A DNA stretch of 64,000 bases, taken from Camelus dromedarius (Eukaryota). The translations under genes were made by a program, and so were the position numbers. Shown piece by piece: positions 38,766-52,340 of this stretch. Below the pieces are notes generated by a model that saw nothing but the letters and a program-made list of their open reading frames with translations, did not search any database and had not been told where the DNA came from. The DNA is taken from positions 69,504,001 through 69,568,000 of the forward strand of contig NC_087437.1 in the NCBI RefSeq assembly GCF_036321535.1, given 5' to 3'. Each line of letters begins with the position of its first letter. Position 1 is the stretch's first letter.

Positions 38766-41700
38766 AACTCCCAAGGACACAATAGACAATGAACTGGGAA
38801 CACCATTCTGAAGAGCTCTGAGCATGATGAGCACACACATCCATCCCTCGAGGAGGCAGATGGACCAAAGGATGAGATCCATGCCACCCTGACAGCGTAC
38901 AGCCACAACTGATGTAAGAAACGGGCAGACAGCTAGCTTGAAAGCCAAAGATTAAATGTTAATGTGTTTGTCTTTGGTTTTGCATCACCGTGTGGAGAAT
39001 GTGCATCATTTGAAATACTTTAATGAAAGATGTTAAATAGAAGAGAATAGATCTGCACTGGGAGATACAAACATCCATGTTAAGTGTCTCTCCTTCATTT
39101 TCCCACCGCCTTTTCCTTCCCTTGACTAATTGTTACCATTTTAACAGGAAGATTTGAAGTTCCCTTCAGTGTAGTATAAGTGATATGTTCCTATTACTCC
39201 CATTAGGACCTATAAACTAAGGTGTACTTTGAGTGGAACAGTTTAGCGACTGTTTGAATGAGAGAGAAAGGTAATAAAGTTTTTAATGTGTGCATACTAG
39301 ATTCAGGTGTCAGAAATAGCCAGCGCATAGAACATTTATACATGTGAATGTCCTAATCCCTAACGATGCTATCAACCACCAGCACAGCAGATTTCTGTTT
39401 GGTGGATAATTTTTCTTTTTTACAGTGTTTTAAGACACTTCTAAAAACATTTATAATAATTTACTTTACTTTGTAATTAGATTTAGTGATTAGAATCTTG
39501 CTCACTTACATGGCTGTTTTCCTTTAAATGAATGGCACCAGCTGGCTTATAGCTAAAACCTGATCTGACTCCCAAAGCCATTGGAGGGACCAGCATAAGG
39601 TAAAGCATAATGTGTTGTGGAGCTTCATGAAAAGTGGCTGGGGGAGGTGTTTGACATTCTTGTATCTGTCTTTGGTAACACTATATATACATGTATATAT
39701 GTTAAATATGATGGAGAAGAGCTTCTTTTAAACTTAAACCTTAGCTACTCTGGGCATATAGTCAATTTACAAGACATGAAAAGAGGCAAGATTATCTTCT
39801 CTCATACAGCCTCTAATCATTAGAGGAAGGGCAAGTAGCTAAAAAGGTGCAATTTGGACTTGAGCCTCTTGGGCTACTTCCCCACCAAGAGAAGTGTGAT
39901 GGCTGTATAATTAATGGAAGAAAGCATTAAAGCATTAGCAAACGGCTAAGAGAGCAAAGTAATCACAAGTGGCCCTGAGTATTGTTTCCTTGTAATTTTA
40001 TACACAGTGTTGAAGAGGCAGTTAACTTATTTCCCTCCCTCAGCATACAATTAATGAGGAGCCACATCAGGCTGGGCACTGTGGTGTCCTGCTGGGGTGA
40101 CAGGTACGGGTGAGCTGGACTCATGAAAATCACAGATACTCAGCCGCCAAAGCCTCTCAGGGCCAAGTCACTTTCTAGATGAGGTTAAGTGATTGGGCTG
40201 AGGCCAGGGGGAGGGTGAGCAGAGTAACAGACAGAGGGAGCACTTGCCGTTTCCCCGTGGACTGAACAGGGAGAGATGTGGTCCGAGATTCAAGAATGAT
40301 TCTGGTGGCCAACAAGCCGGGTTCTCAGCCCGTCTGGAGCTGTCTGAAATGGATGAAAACACAAGAATCCCTCTCGCTGCTACAGCACATCCCTGCCTCG
40401 TGAGGCCTGTGGCTTATTGAGAACAAAGCAGCTATCATGTTGGCTGCCTGCGGTCGGTCAGACGCTGGTAGACCAGAGGACCGACTGGACCACCGTGCAT
40501 CCAATTGCATGACCACCTTTTCCTGATTCCTGCTCCATAACCTGCCTCATGTGCTTGTGACAGACATAGGATGGACAGAGACTGTGGGCACGGCTCACTA
40601 CCCCCCCATACTCATTCTCTCCGTAGAGTTTCCACAGAAACTCAAATGCATTTCTGTAGGATTCTGGCCTAGACCCAGTGGACAAGCTGCTATCCCTGCT
40701 GGCCTCCAGGGTATTACCAAATACAGAGCTGATGCCGAGAGAGATTCCTCCTGCTGCCTTCATGGGAGCACTGCTGTTTCTTACCCATCCTCAGTCACGT
40801 CCACCTTACTTTCTCCCTGGACCCTACCCTGTTTTCCCAGCAGTCAGTCCCAGCAGTCAGTTTTTCTCAAGATGAACCCAGAGTTCCACTCATGGTAAAA
40901 CCGTCCCTTGTTGGAAGACAGGGTCAGTGGACACTTCACGTTGTCTAAGCACAAGCGTTGTAAGATGGAGACAGACACAGTCACGGAGGGTCACGCTGCC
41001 TCAGAAAGCATTTGCCAGAGTGCTCCCGCCTCGCAGAGTGTTACTGGTGGACTGTTTTTTGCAGGAATTGATCAGCTCTTCTAAACACGGCTATTCTGCA
41101 TGTTTATGTGTGAGACTGAGAACCAGGTGGGGGAGATTTGGATGTGCAGTGTTTGTTTCCTTAGGACATGGGGGTTTGAATAAAACATCACAGCAGGGTG
41201 CAGCGGCAAGAGGAGAATTTTGACATTTTCTCCATAACATGCCTAGGGCTCTGAACAAACAGGTGGGACCCGAGGTGCCTCGATGTCTAACTTCACTTTT
41301 AGCTCAAGATTAATGAGACTCATACCGTTTGGGATTCATTTGTAGAAGCAGGAACAGAACATTGCATTCTCAGAGCCACTGCCATGCCTGCCTCTTGAGT
41401 TTTAAGAAAAGGAGAGAAGAAATCCCATTTGCACTGACCAAATTGAGGGAAAGGAAATGTGAAACAGGCAGTATTTAATGCATGTGAGGATGGCTCCAGT
41501 TTCCACTGTAAAATTGTTTAACTTTTTCAAATTACTGATGTGAATATTATCAGCATTATTAAAAAATGCCTTAAAATCAGAAAGCCAAATTCTTAACTGT
41601 ATCACATTTAATGACTTGAACAATGCAGAAAGAACAAACTTAAGTGAACCAAACTTCCAGAATCTCTACACAGTCGGTGGCATTCCTGTCACTGATTTCA

Positions 41701-44700
41701 GCACAACTACCCACTTCTCCAGATTATCCCATCTCTAGTTGTGCCTAGTTATCATAGCAACAGTTGAATTCAATCAGCATGGCAGCATCTCACATCTTAG
41801 TGGTAGATAATCTAGTCTGTGACACATCCAGGTCTTACTGGATTGTCTTAACACAATCAGAAGAGCTGGTTATACATTTAGTACTTCCCCTTTCTAGCTC
41901 TGAGACCTTAGCCAAGAGAATGAAACCTATTGAGATCCAAGCTCAATAATTATCCAACCAATACCTAGGTGGGAGATGGTGGTAATAATATTGGTCAAGC
42001 TATCACGCAGGGATAGGGTATGGATCAAAAAAGGCAAGGTATAGACCACTGTTTTATAAATTGAATAATATTATACTACCTAAGAGAGTATTATTATTAG
42101 TTATCTTTATTATTTTTTTTTGTATCTTCTTTCATGATTTGATGTTCATTTTCTCCTCCAACAGAGGGCAAGCAAAGATGAGATGGAGATCTAACTCATA
42201 TCCATGAACTTGAGGTTTTGTTTTTGGTGTTTTCTCCCCACCACAAATGCTACACACCTACTTACCTCTCTGCAATTTTCAAAACTACTTATAACCACAG
42301 AAAGTATTTTATCTCTCCTAGCTACACTGAATGCTTGCAACAATTACTGTATTTTCTACCGCTGTATATAATTTTTGAAAAATTATAATTGGCATGAATG
42401 TATTAATTCACAATAGTAACTCTGTTTAGAAATAAATAATGTGAATGTTCCACATTCTGTTTGTAATGGTTTATGGTAAGCTTTGAACAGGGGCAATGCA
42501 AAAAAAGGAAATTCTAAAAACCTCCTGTCAAATCTATTCTTTGTCTAAATATTCTATCTTCTGGGCCCTTGAGCAGTGGCAGGAAACAACTTTTATTATT
42601 TTCATTGTATTCTAGGCATGCTTTAGTTCACCCTAGTTGGTTTCTATTAGAATCTACCTCCTTCCCTACAAGCAAAGAACATTAAATGCCTTGAGCAACT
42701 GAAAAAAAAAAGAATTTAGGCTAGTAATATGAGCATGAAATCATTAAGTGCAAGGAATTTCTACAAGCACCATAGTTACCTCTATGTATTTCTGATTCCC
42801 AAAATGAAATGTAGAAATGAGATGAATAGTAAGCCATTTTGAAAATGTTAGAGTGAGTGTTCTTACTATTTGTGTGATAAGTTCCACTGGCACTTCGCTG
42901 AAGCAATAAAAACTGGGTGATCTAGGTCATAATGTTCTTGTTCTATCCCCCTCCTCTCCTCGGCCCACGCCCTGCACGCTGCCTTTACGTGCGGTAGGCT
43001 CTCAATGAATGTTGTTGGTTTGTGTTATTCTTAAGCAGAATAGACAACAGATTGGTCTCTGAACCCTCCATACTTCTATTCCCTGTTCATTTACAGCTCC
43101 TTTCTCTCTGATTTAAAATCCTCTCTGCTTTTGATATAAGGTCTTATTTATGATGTTCTCTTAATAGTTAAAGAATTCATCCATGGGATACAGGCAATGT
43201 TTTCCTCACATTTAATTTTTTTTAGAAAAATAATGGCGCACAGAAGAAAAATTGGTGGCCCATAAAGTATTTTGTAGCTTTCAAGGATATGTCAGAGTTT
43301 AGGGCTAAATCTTACAGGCTTTTCGTGGAATAGGAGTGGGTTTTTAGTAGATGCCAGGAATACAGCCTGAATTTTCATCTGTTCTAAGAATTATACCGAA
43401 CATCTCCATTTAACATAGAAAAGTAAGTCTTTTTGAGTGCAAAGGGTGAAAAGATACAGTCTTCTTTTCTCTTATAAAGTCTCAGGGTGATGCTTCTCAG
43501 ACCTTGGAATCTACCCAATAGCTATTTGTCACCTACCCTAGGTAGCCTGATATTTCTGAGTTTCCCTCTGCTCAATAACCCCATTGCTGCCAAGTAACAA
43601 AACCATCTGCTCTGGTTGGACAGCATCTAAAGACGGTTCTGCAAGTACCAGACATGAGAAAGCAATTTTGCCCAGGTGAAAGAGAGATTCATTCCTTCCG
43701 TCTATCAGTTAAATCAGCTTCTGGGTGTTTTCCCAGATTAGCAAAAATAAATCTCCAAACAGCTGGAACAAGGGTCTGGGAATAGGAGATTTGGGAGAAG
43801 CTGCTGACTGGCTGGGTAACTGCAGCCTCAGTGAGCAGAGTCAGGAGAGTTCCATTTGTTCTTATTTAGCAAGGCAATGACCCGTGCATGGGAACAGCCA
43901 TTTGCCATCCCACAGAGGATCCCTACTGCTGAAGCAGCAATAATAGACATCCTTAGCTGGTCATGAATGCCAGTGTCGGTGCTGAATAATCTGTCCCCTT
44001 TTTAAACCAGCACGCACTCAGATTCCAGCATAATTCTGAATGTTTAATAAATACAGAAAAATTCCAATTTAATAGGCTTTCTTTTGAGGTAGACTAGGGG
44101 ACTCAACCAGTTGCAGGTATCCACGCCACATACATGTCACCTAAGTACACATCCACCACTGGGTGGTGTGGAGGTGCGCTCGTAGCATTTCTTTGGCCCA
44201 TGGCTACTGTGTTTGAGTTATTTAAAGCAGTCTGACTCAAATTAACCCTCCCTTTTGTCTGAATGCATCTGTAGGCACTGTTTTGGTGTCAATCTGAATA
44301 CCTCGGACAGTGCGGGGAACTCGCAGGGCCACTTGAGAATGTGATAATGTAGGACTCAAAGACCCAGAAGAGTGTGTCTTAACTAGCTTTGGCCAACACA
44401 GTAAAATGCCAGCTGCATCTCAGAGGACTGTGGTGAGTGAGGCTTCAGGCAGTTTTAGTTTCATGTACGTTTCCTTACAGTTCAGAAACTGCTCCTGCCT
44501 GATTAATAAAGGATTAAAAGGCTTTTTCTTGACTGCACGTTGTTTTAATATGTCATTTTCCTGAGCTTCGCTGGTGCAATTTCCCTGGCTTTACCTCATT
44601 ACCAGTCATATGGCACTTGGTATTGCTTTGTTTTATACATACATTTTATCTTTTCCTCTAAATTGTTAGCATCTTATTCCTCTTTCCTCAAGTTTCTTTG

Positions 44701-45554
44701 TTCATCATTTACTGCATGCATAAGTGCAGCATTTGTAATCATTCCTGGCAGAGAAATTTGAGTAACTGATACTCATAATGAGTGTCTCCTACCTTCAGCT
44801 TCATCTGACACTCAGAGAATCTGTATTTTCCATATTTTCCTGCTCACCCATGAAATTTGTATCTGAAAGGAATCATGTTCCTGTAGGGTGCTCCTTTTCA
44901 AGTACCTACTTTGGAGGCTGATGTGTTTTGCTTTGTAAATGGATCCTAATAGGAGTGGGAGCTAGTACTCGTGGAAGAGGAATTATCATTGCTAGTTATT
45001 TTATTCTACTGTGAGAGCAAAGGCTTCAGAGACTTAAATTACAGACACAAAACACCGGCAACATCTGTTGTCTTTAAGACTTAAATGACAAATTACATAA
45101 TGGTGACAAAATTTTATTTGGAGAGCTTTTTCTTGGGAGCCAAAGAGTTAAGCTTCTAAAAATTTGGGGAGAACTTTTTTTACTTATGGTTGTACTCTCA
45201 TATCTTTATATCACTTTTTATTATAGGTATAAAATGTTAAGACATTGACTAAAAGGCTGACACATTGACGTAGCTCTGCTCATTAGTAGATAAGAACTGA
45301 GTGCATATCTTTGGAGTGATTTATTGTTAATGCCAATATTAATCATTGATTATGAATTGTAATAATTCCATACACCTTTTGGCAATAATGGTGCCTGCCA
45401 AAATATAACTAGAATGCCATTAACCATGAAAGTGTATGAACTCTTTTATCACGTGATGTTAGAAGGAGTTAAGCCAATACTGTTTTATTAGCTAGTTTTA
45501 GCATGCAATAAATAATGGCTATGCTATAGAACCTCTTTCAGTTTACAGAACAAG

Positions 45555-45840
45555 TTCACATGCATTATCTTCTTTGACCCTAATAGCAATCCTGCAATAT
45601 TGCCTAACGTCAATTTTGCACACAATTTCCAGTTACCAGATGAGGAAACTAAGACCAAAAGAGATTGAAATAATCTGTCATGAGTATGTTCATTTATGCA
45701 TTCAGAATTTGTTAAGCTCTTACAATGTGCCTGATGATGGGGATTCAAAAGCACACATCAGAGACTGTGTGGTTGCCTTGTGAGCTCGTGGCCGGGCAGG
45801 GTCAAAATCCCCTGGCTCTGAATCTAGTTCACTGTGCTAC
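45555..45840 (-). mobile_element. MIR SINE with a short L2-like insert
   Basis: ttcacatgcattatcttctttgaccctaatagcaatcctg...cagatgaggaaactaagacc...ctggctctgaatctagt. Confidence 0.6.
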
Positions 45841-46629
45841 ATTTTCCAGTCCTGTCATTCATCCTAGAAACTACCACACCATGCAGCAAAACATGTTTCA
45901 GTGGCATTTTTAGAAGCAAATGCCAGGCTGGATGGATGTTTGATGTTTCACAAGATGGCATTTATAGTGTATATTTTTATTGCTATGGTTGAATTCTTAG
46001 ATCATGCTCATTAAAGCCAAGTGCTGTTCAAAAAATATCCTGTAGATTTCTGAACCCAACTCATATATGCATGCCATACTGTTCCATAGTCTGTCACATA
46101 TGCAAAAGATAGTGCTGAAGCTTGTCTAGCCTTATGAAAGAACAGTTAGAAATTAGGAAGTTGACAGTGTTGTTTTTTTAACACCCCCTCACCACCATAC
46201 ACGCAGTAGTACATGCACCTTGCCCCAACTTCATATGAACAATAACTGAGACCAATTCATTGCTAATTTGTACCGTTAGGAGTGACATTTTGAATTGAAT
46301 ACAAGTAATACCTGCTAATTATTTGAGGTTAGAGAAATGAGCCAACTGACTACTTTTCTTCCCTAGTCTGAAACTGATTATTTCCTTCTGTAGGCTGGTC
46401 AGTCAGAAACCAAGGATAAAGGCATTAAAACATTCACAGCTAGAATTAGATGGTCTTGCAAGCCTAGGATTATTTTTAAAGCAATGTGTACTGATAGATA
46501 AGAACCAAGGCCAAACATGCAACTAAGTTGGTTTTGTGGGAGCCCAACAAGTACCTAAGCAGAGATGACAATTTTCCCTCTATGAAAAGACCCCTCTTCA
46601 ATTTTTTTTTCCCTTATTATGACTGCTTC

Positions 46630-47665
46630 TCAATTCACAACAATTAGAATCCTTTGGTTTAAGCAACAGAAATTGACTGGCTAATTGATGTAAGAAGGAG
46701 GTGATACATTGGAAGAATATGGAATAGCTCACAGAATCAAAGTGAAAACAAAAAAATCTTACCATGGGAAGCACAAAATCACACATCTCTAAGGGTGCAA
46801 GTTGCAGGCCCTAGTGAAAAATAATAGTCCTTTCCGGTGGCTGCCCTTTCATGATATGTATTAGCTAATGATTGCTGATGAACAAACCACTCCAAAATTC
46901 ATGGGCACAAAACAATTATTCTTTATTTCTCTTATGTGTACAAGTCCGCACACCTCTAGGCTGGGCTTCGCTGCAGCTGACCGTGTTCCTGGGGTTTTCA
47001 GATTCATAAAATAAAAATCTAGGATGCCCAGTTAACTTTGAATTTTAGATAATAATCTTTGGTGTAAATCTGTCCCATGAAATATCTGGAACATATTCAT
47101 ACTAAGAAAAGTATTTGTTGTTTATCTGAAATTCATATTTGAATGAGTACCTTGTGTTTTATTTGAAATCCTATTTGCCATTTCCCAGCCTTCTTCTCCT
47201 GGGACCAGAAGACTCATTTGGGCATGTTCTTTTTATGTTGATGGCAGAGGCAGAATGCCAAGTGAGTCCAGTTGTGCCAGCACTTTCCAGGACTCTGCTT
47301 GTGTTACCTATACTGATATCCTCGGCCAAAACAGGTAACATAGTCCAGGAATGGAAAAATGTGTACCATCCATATAGGAGGGCCTGGGCATGGCAAAAGT
47401 TGTGGACACAGGGAAGAATGGAAAACTGGAGCTATTAATACAATCAGTTTCAACTGCTTTTAAGCTATTTCTTATAATAACCAAGGTCCAGGGAAGGAGA
47501 GTCTGAATTGCCCAACTTAAGTCACTTTCCTTGGCTAAGGAAAGCGGGTCACCTGATTGACAATCTCAACAAACCAATGGCAGTGGGATGAAAAGTGGTT
47601 CTCCAGAGGCAAATTAGGGTGTCTTACCAGAAGAAGAAGGCGTGAATTTGGGCAGGCAAAACACT
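46630..47665 (-). mobile_element. Old MLT1 (K/L-like) LTR, interrupted by a second MLT1 (~46857-47450)
   Basis: Outer: ttggtttaagcaacagaaattgactggcta...agctcacagaatc and ggaaggagagtctgaattgccc...gggcaggcaaaac. Inner: tgtattagcta...caaaccactccaaaattc...gggcatgttctttttatgttgatggcagagg...ggagctattaatacaatc. Confidence 0.55.
46990..47173. mobile_element. MER53 palindromic hAT MITE
   Basis: ggatgcccagttaactttgaattttagataa...tgtcccatgaaatatctggaacata...ttgttgtttatctgaaattc...ccttgtgttttatttgaaatccta matches the MER53 layout. Confidence 0.85.
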
Positions 47666-48479
47666 TCACCATGTTCCTGACTTTGCCAGCATTTCCACTT
47701 TTGGTCATACACAAGAGATGTTAGTCTTACACAGAGGAGAAGAAGGGATGAGTTGGAACCTGGAGAACTGTACAAACATGTACAGACAGCTCTGAATCCA
47801 AAATATCCAGGGTAGACCCTGGAGATCTGGTAAAAATAGTGGGTGAGAAAATTACAAAAAGAGTGATGAAGAAGGAGAATAAAATTGTGGGTGCCAGAGC
47901 CAGATTGACTGTGTCATAATCTTACTTAATGCTCACTCATTGCACAGCTGAAGAAATTCATGTATCCCAGGATAGCTAGATGTTAGTAATATTTTAGAAA
48001 CTGTCGTTCAGGTTGTACTGAATAGAAAAAAACAACATACATTTCTTTAACACAGAACTTATGTGTATTTCAATGAAAGAATATTACCTATTTAATAATT
48101 AAGAAATTAAAATTAGAACTATTAGGTGTGGCATATTCATTTTACATTTTTTTTTAAAATGGAAACACTGAGGATTCCTTTGAATAATAAATTTTGCTAG
48201 TGTCCTGAAAGAAGGGTATCTAAGTTATATTTTTCACTCAGCATTTTAGGAGGTGTTCATCTAATAAACAGTTAATTTTGGAACTGGCAACACCTAATAA
48301 TAGGGTGGGGTCCAAAAGATTAGTGACTTATATTTTCAAATATTTTGATAAAGTACTTGGCATAGTAAGTGAAGTTTATAATTACATGTTTCCCAGAAAC
48401 ATTGCTCTGGCCGGATGGGTAGCACTATATAGGGTAATTCTGAAAACCAAAATGATGTATACATTTTATATTATTTAAC

Positions 48480-48900
48480 GCATGGTATTGGGGAAATTGA
48501 CTAAAAAAAAGGGGAAGAATCTAGTTATAGTTCATACCATAAATAAATCCCAGGTGATGTAAAGAGTCGAATTAAAAAAAATGAAACAAACCATTAAAAG
48601 AAAAAACAAAGAAATAGAAGCATTTAACTGATCTTATGTTAGAAAAGGACCTAATATGAACAAAGCAATGACAAAAAAAATCACAAAGAAAGATAAAAAA
48701 AAAAATTTAAAGCATCTGCAAAATAAATATGATCACAAAATTAAGAAGTTAGGAACAAATTGGGGAAATTGTAAATAACATGACAACAAAAGGTCAATTC
48801 CTTATGGTATAAGGAGCTTTCATTAATTGCTAAGAAAAATAAAATAAGCCAGATGAATTGGAAAGGTCACTGAAAATGAATAGGTTCAAAACATTAATAG
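48480..48900 (+). mobile_element. Ancient L1 ORF2 fragment
   Basis: atggtattggggaaattg...cataccataaataaatcccaggtg...aacaaattggggaaatt...acaacaaaagg. Confidence 0.5.
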
Positions 48901-49827
48901 TTCATGACATAAAATTTAGAAAAATATGAAAAATCATACTGATATACTATGAATAAAAATTATTAGGAAATATTCCAGAAAAAAGAAAAAAAAAAAAAAC
49001 TACCCAGAATACTGTGGCAACCCAAGAATTGAACATAAATCAGTATTACAGTGATTTTGATGAACAACGTATACTTGCTGATGCAAGTAAGAATATCATG
49101 TTAAACAGTATTTCCTAAGTAGTAATCCTTACCAAGAATGAAAATAAAGTGAAAAAAATACTATTAGGAACCACTTTTGCAAAAGTGAATGTGAGCTATA
49201 GGAAGGGTTAAGTCTGACAAATCTACAAGCCTTTGGTTTTGGTCCTAGCTCTGTAATTCTAATGTGTTTTTTATCCACTGTGTCCCTTATGTCCACATCT
49301 GTAAAACGGCAATAAGAATAAGGATACTTTTTACTTCCCAGAATCTTTACAAAGTTTTACGAGGTAACAGAATCAAAACTTTGATTTGCCACTTTAATGT
49401 TATATTATCAGTTATGGTGTAAATGTAGACTGATGAATTGCTACAGGAAACTAGGAAGGAACTGTGAACCCATTACACAAAAAGAGTTACATATGTATTT
49501 ATATACATGCAAATATATATATAAATGACTCCTTATAGAAAAGAAGAGAAATAAGTGAAAACCCTGAAAAGTCTATAATTGAGAAAGTTGGACACTAAGT
49601 TTATCTTGGTTCCTATGTTTCCAAAATATACAAATATTTTTCTGCCCCATGTTTTTTTTTTTAATTGAGTCAGAGAAATTGATAGTGAAATAGATGGCTA
49701 GATGGGTAGCTAAAGAAATATTTAAATATTAATAAAAGCTGGTTCAAAATAAAGGCTTGCTCCTTTCTGACAAAAATTCAATGCAATGACTTCATTGAGC
49801 TCAGAAAAGAATTGGGGAGAAAATTTT

Positions 49828-51470
49828 CATTCATTTCTTTTTTCAAACACTCTGTGAGCACTAACCGTATTCTTAATACCATGCTCTGTAAGATTCAGTG
49901 GTCAAGGAAACAAAGGCCCTCCTGCCTGCCTCTTTCAGTTTAGTAACAGGCACAGGTGAATAATCCAGCAATTATGGTTCAGTGCTGTGCAGAGAAATAC
50001 AAGGTACAGTGTGAGGACCCAGGAGGGTGCCCAGTATGGAGTCAGGAGCCAGGCGGGGGTGGGAATGGCAGGATAGTCCTCCTGGAAAAAGAGAGAAAAC
50101 AAGCTGACAAGTTGAAACCTAAAGGAGGAAAGGGGATAACCACATGAAGAATTAAGGCTTATTCCATGTAGAGTGAAAAAAGAGAATATTAAATGCCTGG
50201 GATTAAATGAGGACAGTATATTCCAGGAACCCAAAGTTGTTTGATCTGACTGGATGATGCAACAATGCAGAAGGAATAGGAAATAAAGCTAGATAGAAAA
50301 GCAGAGACTAACCATGAATGTCCTATTAAGCCATATTAAGAAGTTTGGATTTTATCTTGAGGGCAATGAGATTAATCAAGGGCTGCAATACTCACATTTC
50401 AATTTAGGGCAAAAAAAATCTGATTGTAGTATGGTGAATGAATGACAGTGAGCTTGTGGAGAGGAAGCCTAGAGGCAAAGAAACTACTTGTAATGCTTTT
50501 GCAGTAATTCAGGCCAAAAAAGAAATGTTGATGGCTGGAACAAGCCTAGTGTGAATAGGGATTGAGAGTCATAAATTAATCTGAGAGATGTTTAAAAGTC
50601 AAAAGCCATGGAACTTAGGGATCTGTTTTATGTGAGGGGTCAGTAAAGGAGAGAGAGAAGACAAGGGAAATAAACTTCTTTTTTGGTTTGGGCAACTGTT
50701 TGCATGGTGACATCATTACTGAAAAAGTGATCACAAGATTACAGGCGCTCTGTGGGAAGGAAGATGATAACTCCAATTCTGAGCATGTTGAATCTTGGAT
50801 TTCTGTGGGACAGTCAATGGAAATGTAGAATAGTTAGTTCACTGAAAGTGAAGATACAAAATTCAGGAGAAGAATCTGGGTTGAAGATGGTGACTTGGGA
50901 GTCATCAGTAACACAGCCTTAGCTTCTGAAGCTAGAGAGTAGGTGAGATCACTCACAGTGACTCATACAAAAAAGAAGGCAGTGACCAAACCCTCAGATA
51001 CTTAAGGGACAAGAAAAGGCCAGAAGTTAAACTTGGAAGACTTGCCAGAGGGGTAAGAGGAAGAGCTGTTGAGTTTGGTGACCTAAAAACTAGGACCTAG
51101 AAACTAAGAAACTAAGAAAAGGAAGAAGGAGGTTATGGTCAACAAAGTCAAATACATTAAAAATAGGAATAATAACAAAAATTGTCCATTGGACCCGGAA
51201 ACAACATTGTTCAAACAAATTGGTGAGTTTCTTGAGAGCAGTTTCTTTGGAGGTTAATGAGAGAATCCAGATCACACTGAAGGTTGGGGTGTGAATGGGA
51301 GATGAAGACATGGTATTGAACAGTTCCTTCAAGAAATTTGGAGATAGAGAGGTTGAAAGTAAATAAGAGGATAAGGCAGGATTTAAGGAGGGATTTCTTT
51401 CTAGAGCAAAAGACTACATCATATATGCTTATGGGAAGAAGCTGATACAAAGTACAATAAGGTTGGAAGA
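49828..51470 (-). mobile_element. Long LINE-2 remnant
   Basis: Starts with reverse L2 3' end (cattcattt...caaacactctgtgagcactaacc) and continues with L2 phrases: tttggattttatcttgagggcaatg, gacttgggagtcatcag, ggtcaacaaagtcaaat, gagagcagtttc. Confidence 0.8.
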
Positions 51471-52184
51471 CAAATAATGGACTAAAATCTATTGGTTAGT
51501 GACCCAGTGGAAGGTGAGATACAATGTCAACATGATCACATTTCTAACTGTTCAACACAAATACTTTCTGTATCTCCAGTATCTGAGATACAGGACCTGA
51601 ATGTGTCACCCTTCATATGGAGAAACAATATAGTTTGGTGGCCAAAACATAGCCCTGTAGTTAATTATTCTAGATTTTATTCCCAATTTTATCACCAACT
51701 GTTTATGTATCATTGAGCAAGTGAATGCACTTGCACACCATGTAAAATCAAAGTCCTTAGTACATGTGTATCCCTCCTCTAAAGGAGAAGTAATGTGAGT
51801 AAATTTTATCATAGATAATAACTCTCTGGGACCTTGATCACTGGAGATTTTCTCTGTCTTGTAAATTGCATGTTTATGTATTAGAGATACGGAGTCCTTC
51901 CCCCTTCCTCCCTTTTTTTTCTTTAACCAGAACACATCTGTATTTCTTTTCTCTACTCTGTGTCCTGTCTTGGAATTCAGAATTAACTATAAATTGAGTG
52001 ACATGAGCTCTTATTATTACTATATAGCTTCTTGTTACAGGTTTTAGATTGTTGAGGAAGGTGCCTAGGACGTCTAAATCTTATTCTCGAGCATCATCAT
52101 AGGTTTATATTGTATTGTAGGTTTTTGGAGTTGTTCAGAACGACGGCTTACTCAGCTGGGAATTACAAACCGTAACTATTAAAC

Positions 52185-52340
52185 AGTAGAACAACTGGAT
52201 ATTCTGGAGCTCTGAGTTCTAAGCCTAGCCCTGTTTCTTAATTGGATCACCCTTGACAAGCCATTATTTCCCTCTGTGCCTCATGTTCTTCCCTATGAAA
52301 TGGTTACAACCTTTCAGGTCCTCATTGTAAAAGTCTGGGA
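52185..52340 (+). mobile_element. MIR SINE
   Basis: ctgagttctaagcctagccctg...ccttgacaagccattatttccctctgtgcctcatgttcttccctatgaaatgg. Confidence 0.65.

Noticed and set aside
44294..44314. REST/RE1 site (ctgaatacctcggacagtgcg); also partial matches near 21311 and 22648
   Set aside because: Right half matches, but the left half has three mismatches in the TCAGCACC core; the other sites are half-sites only.
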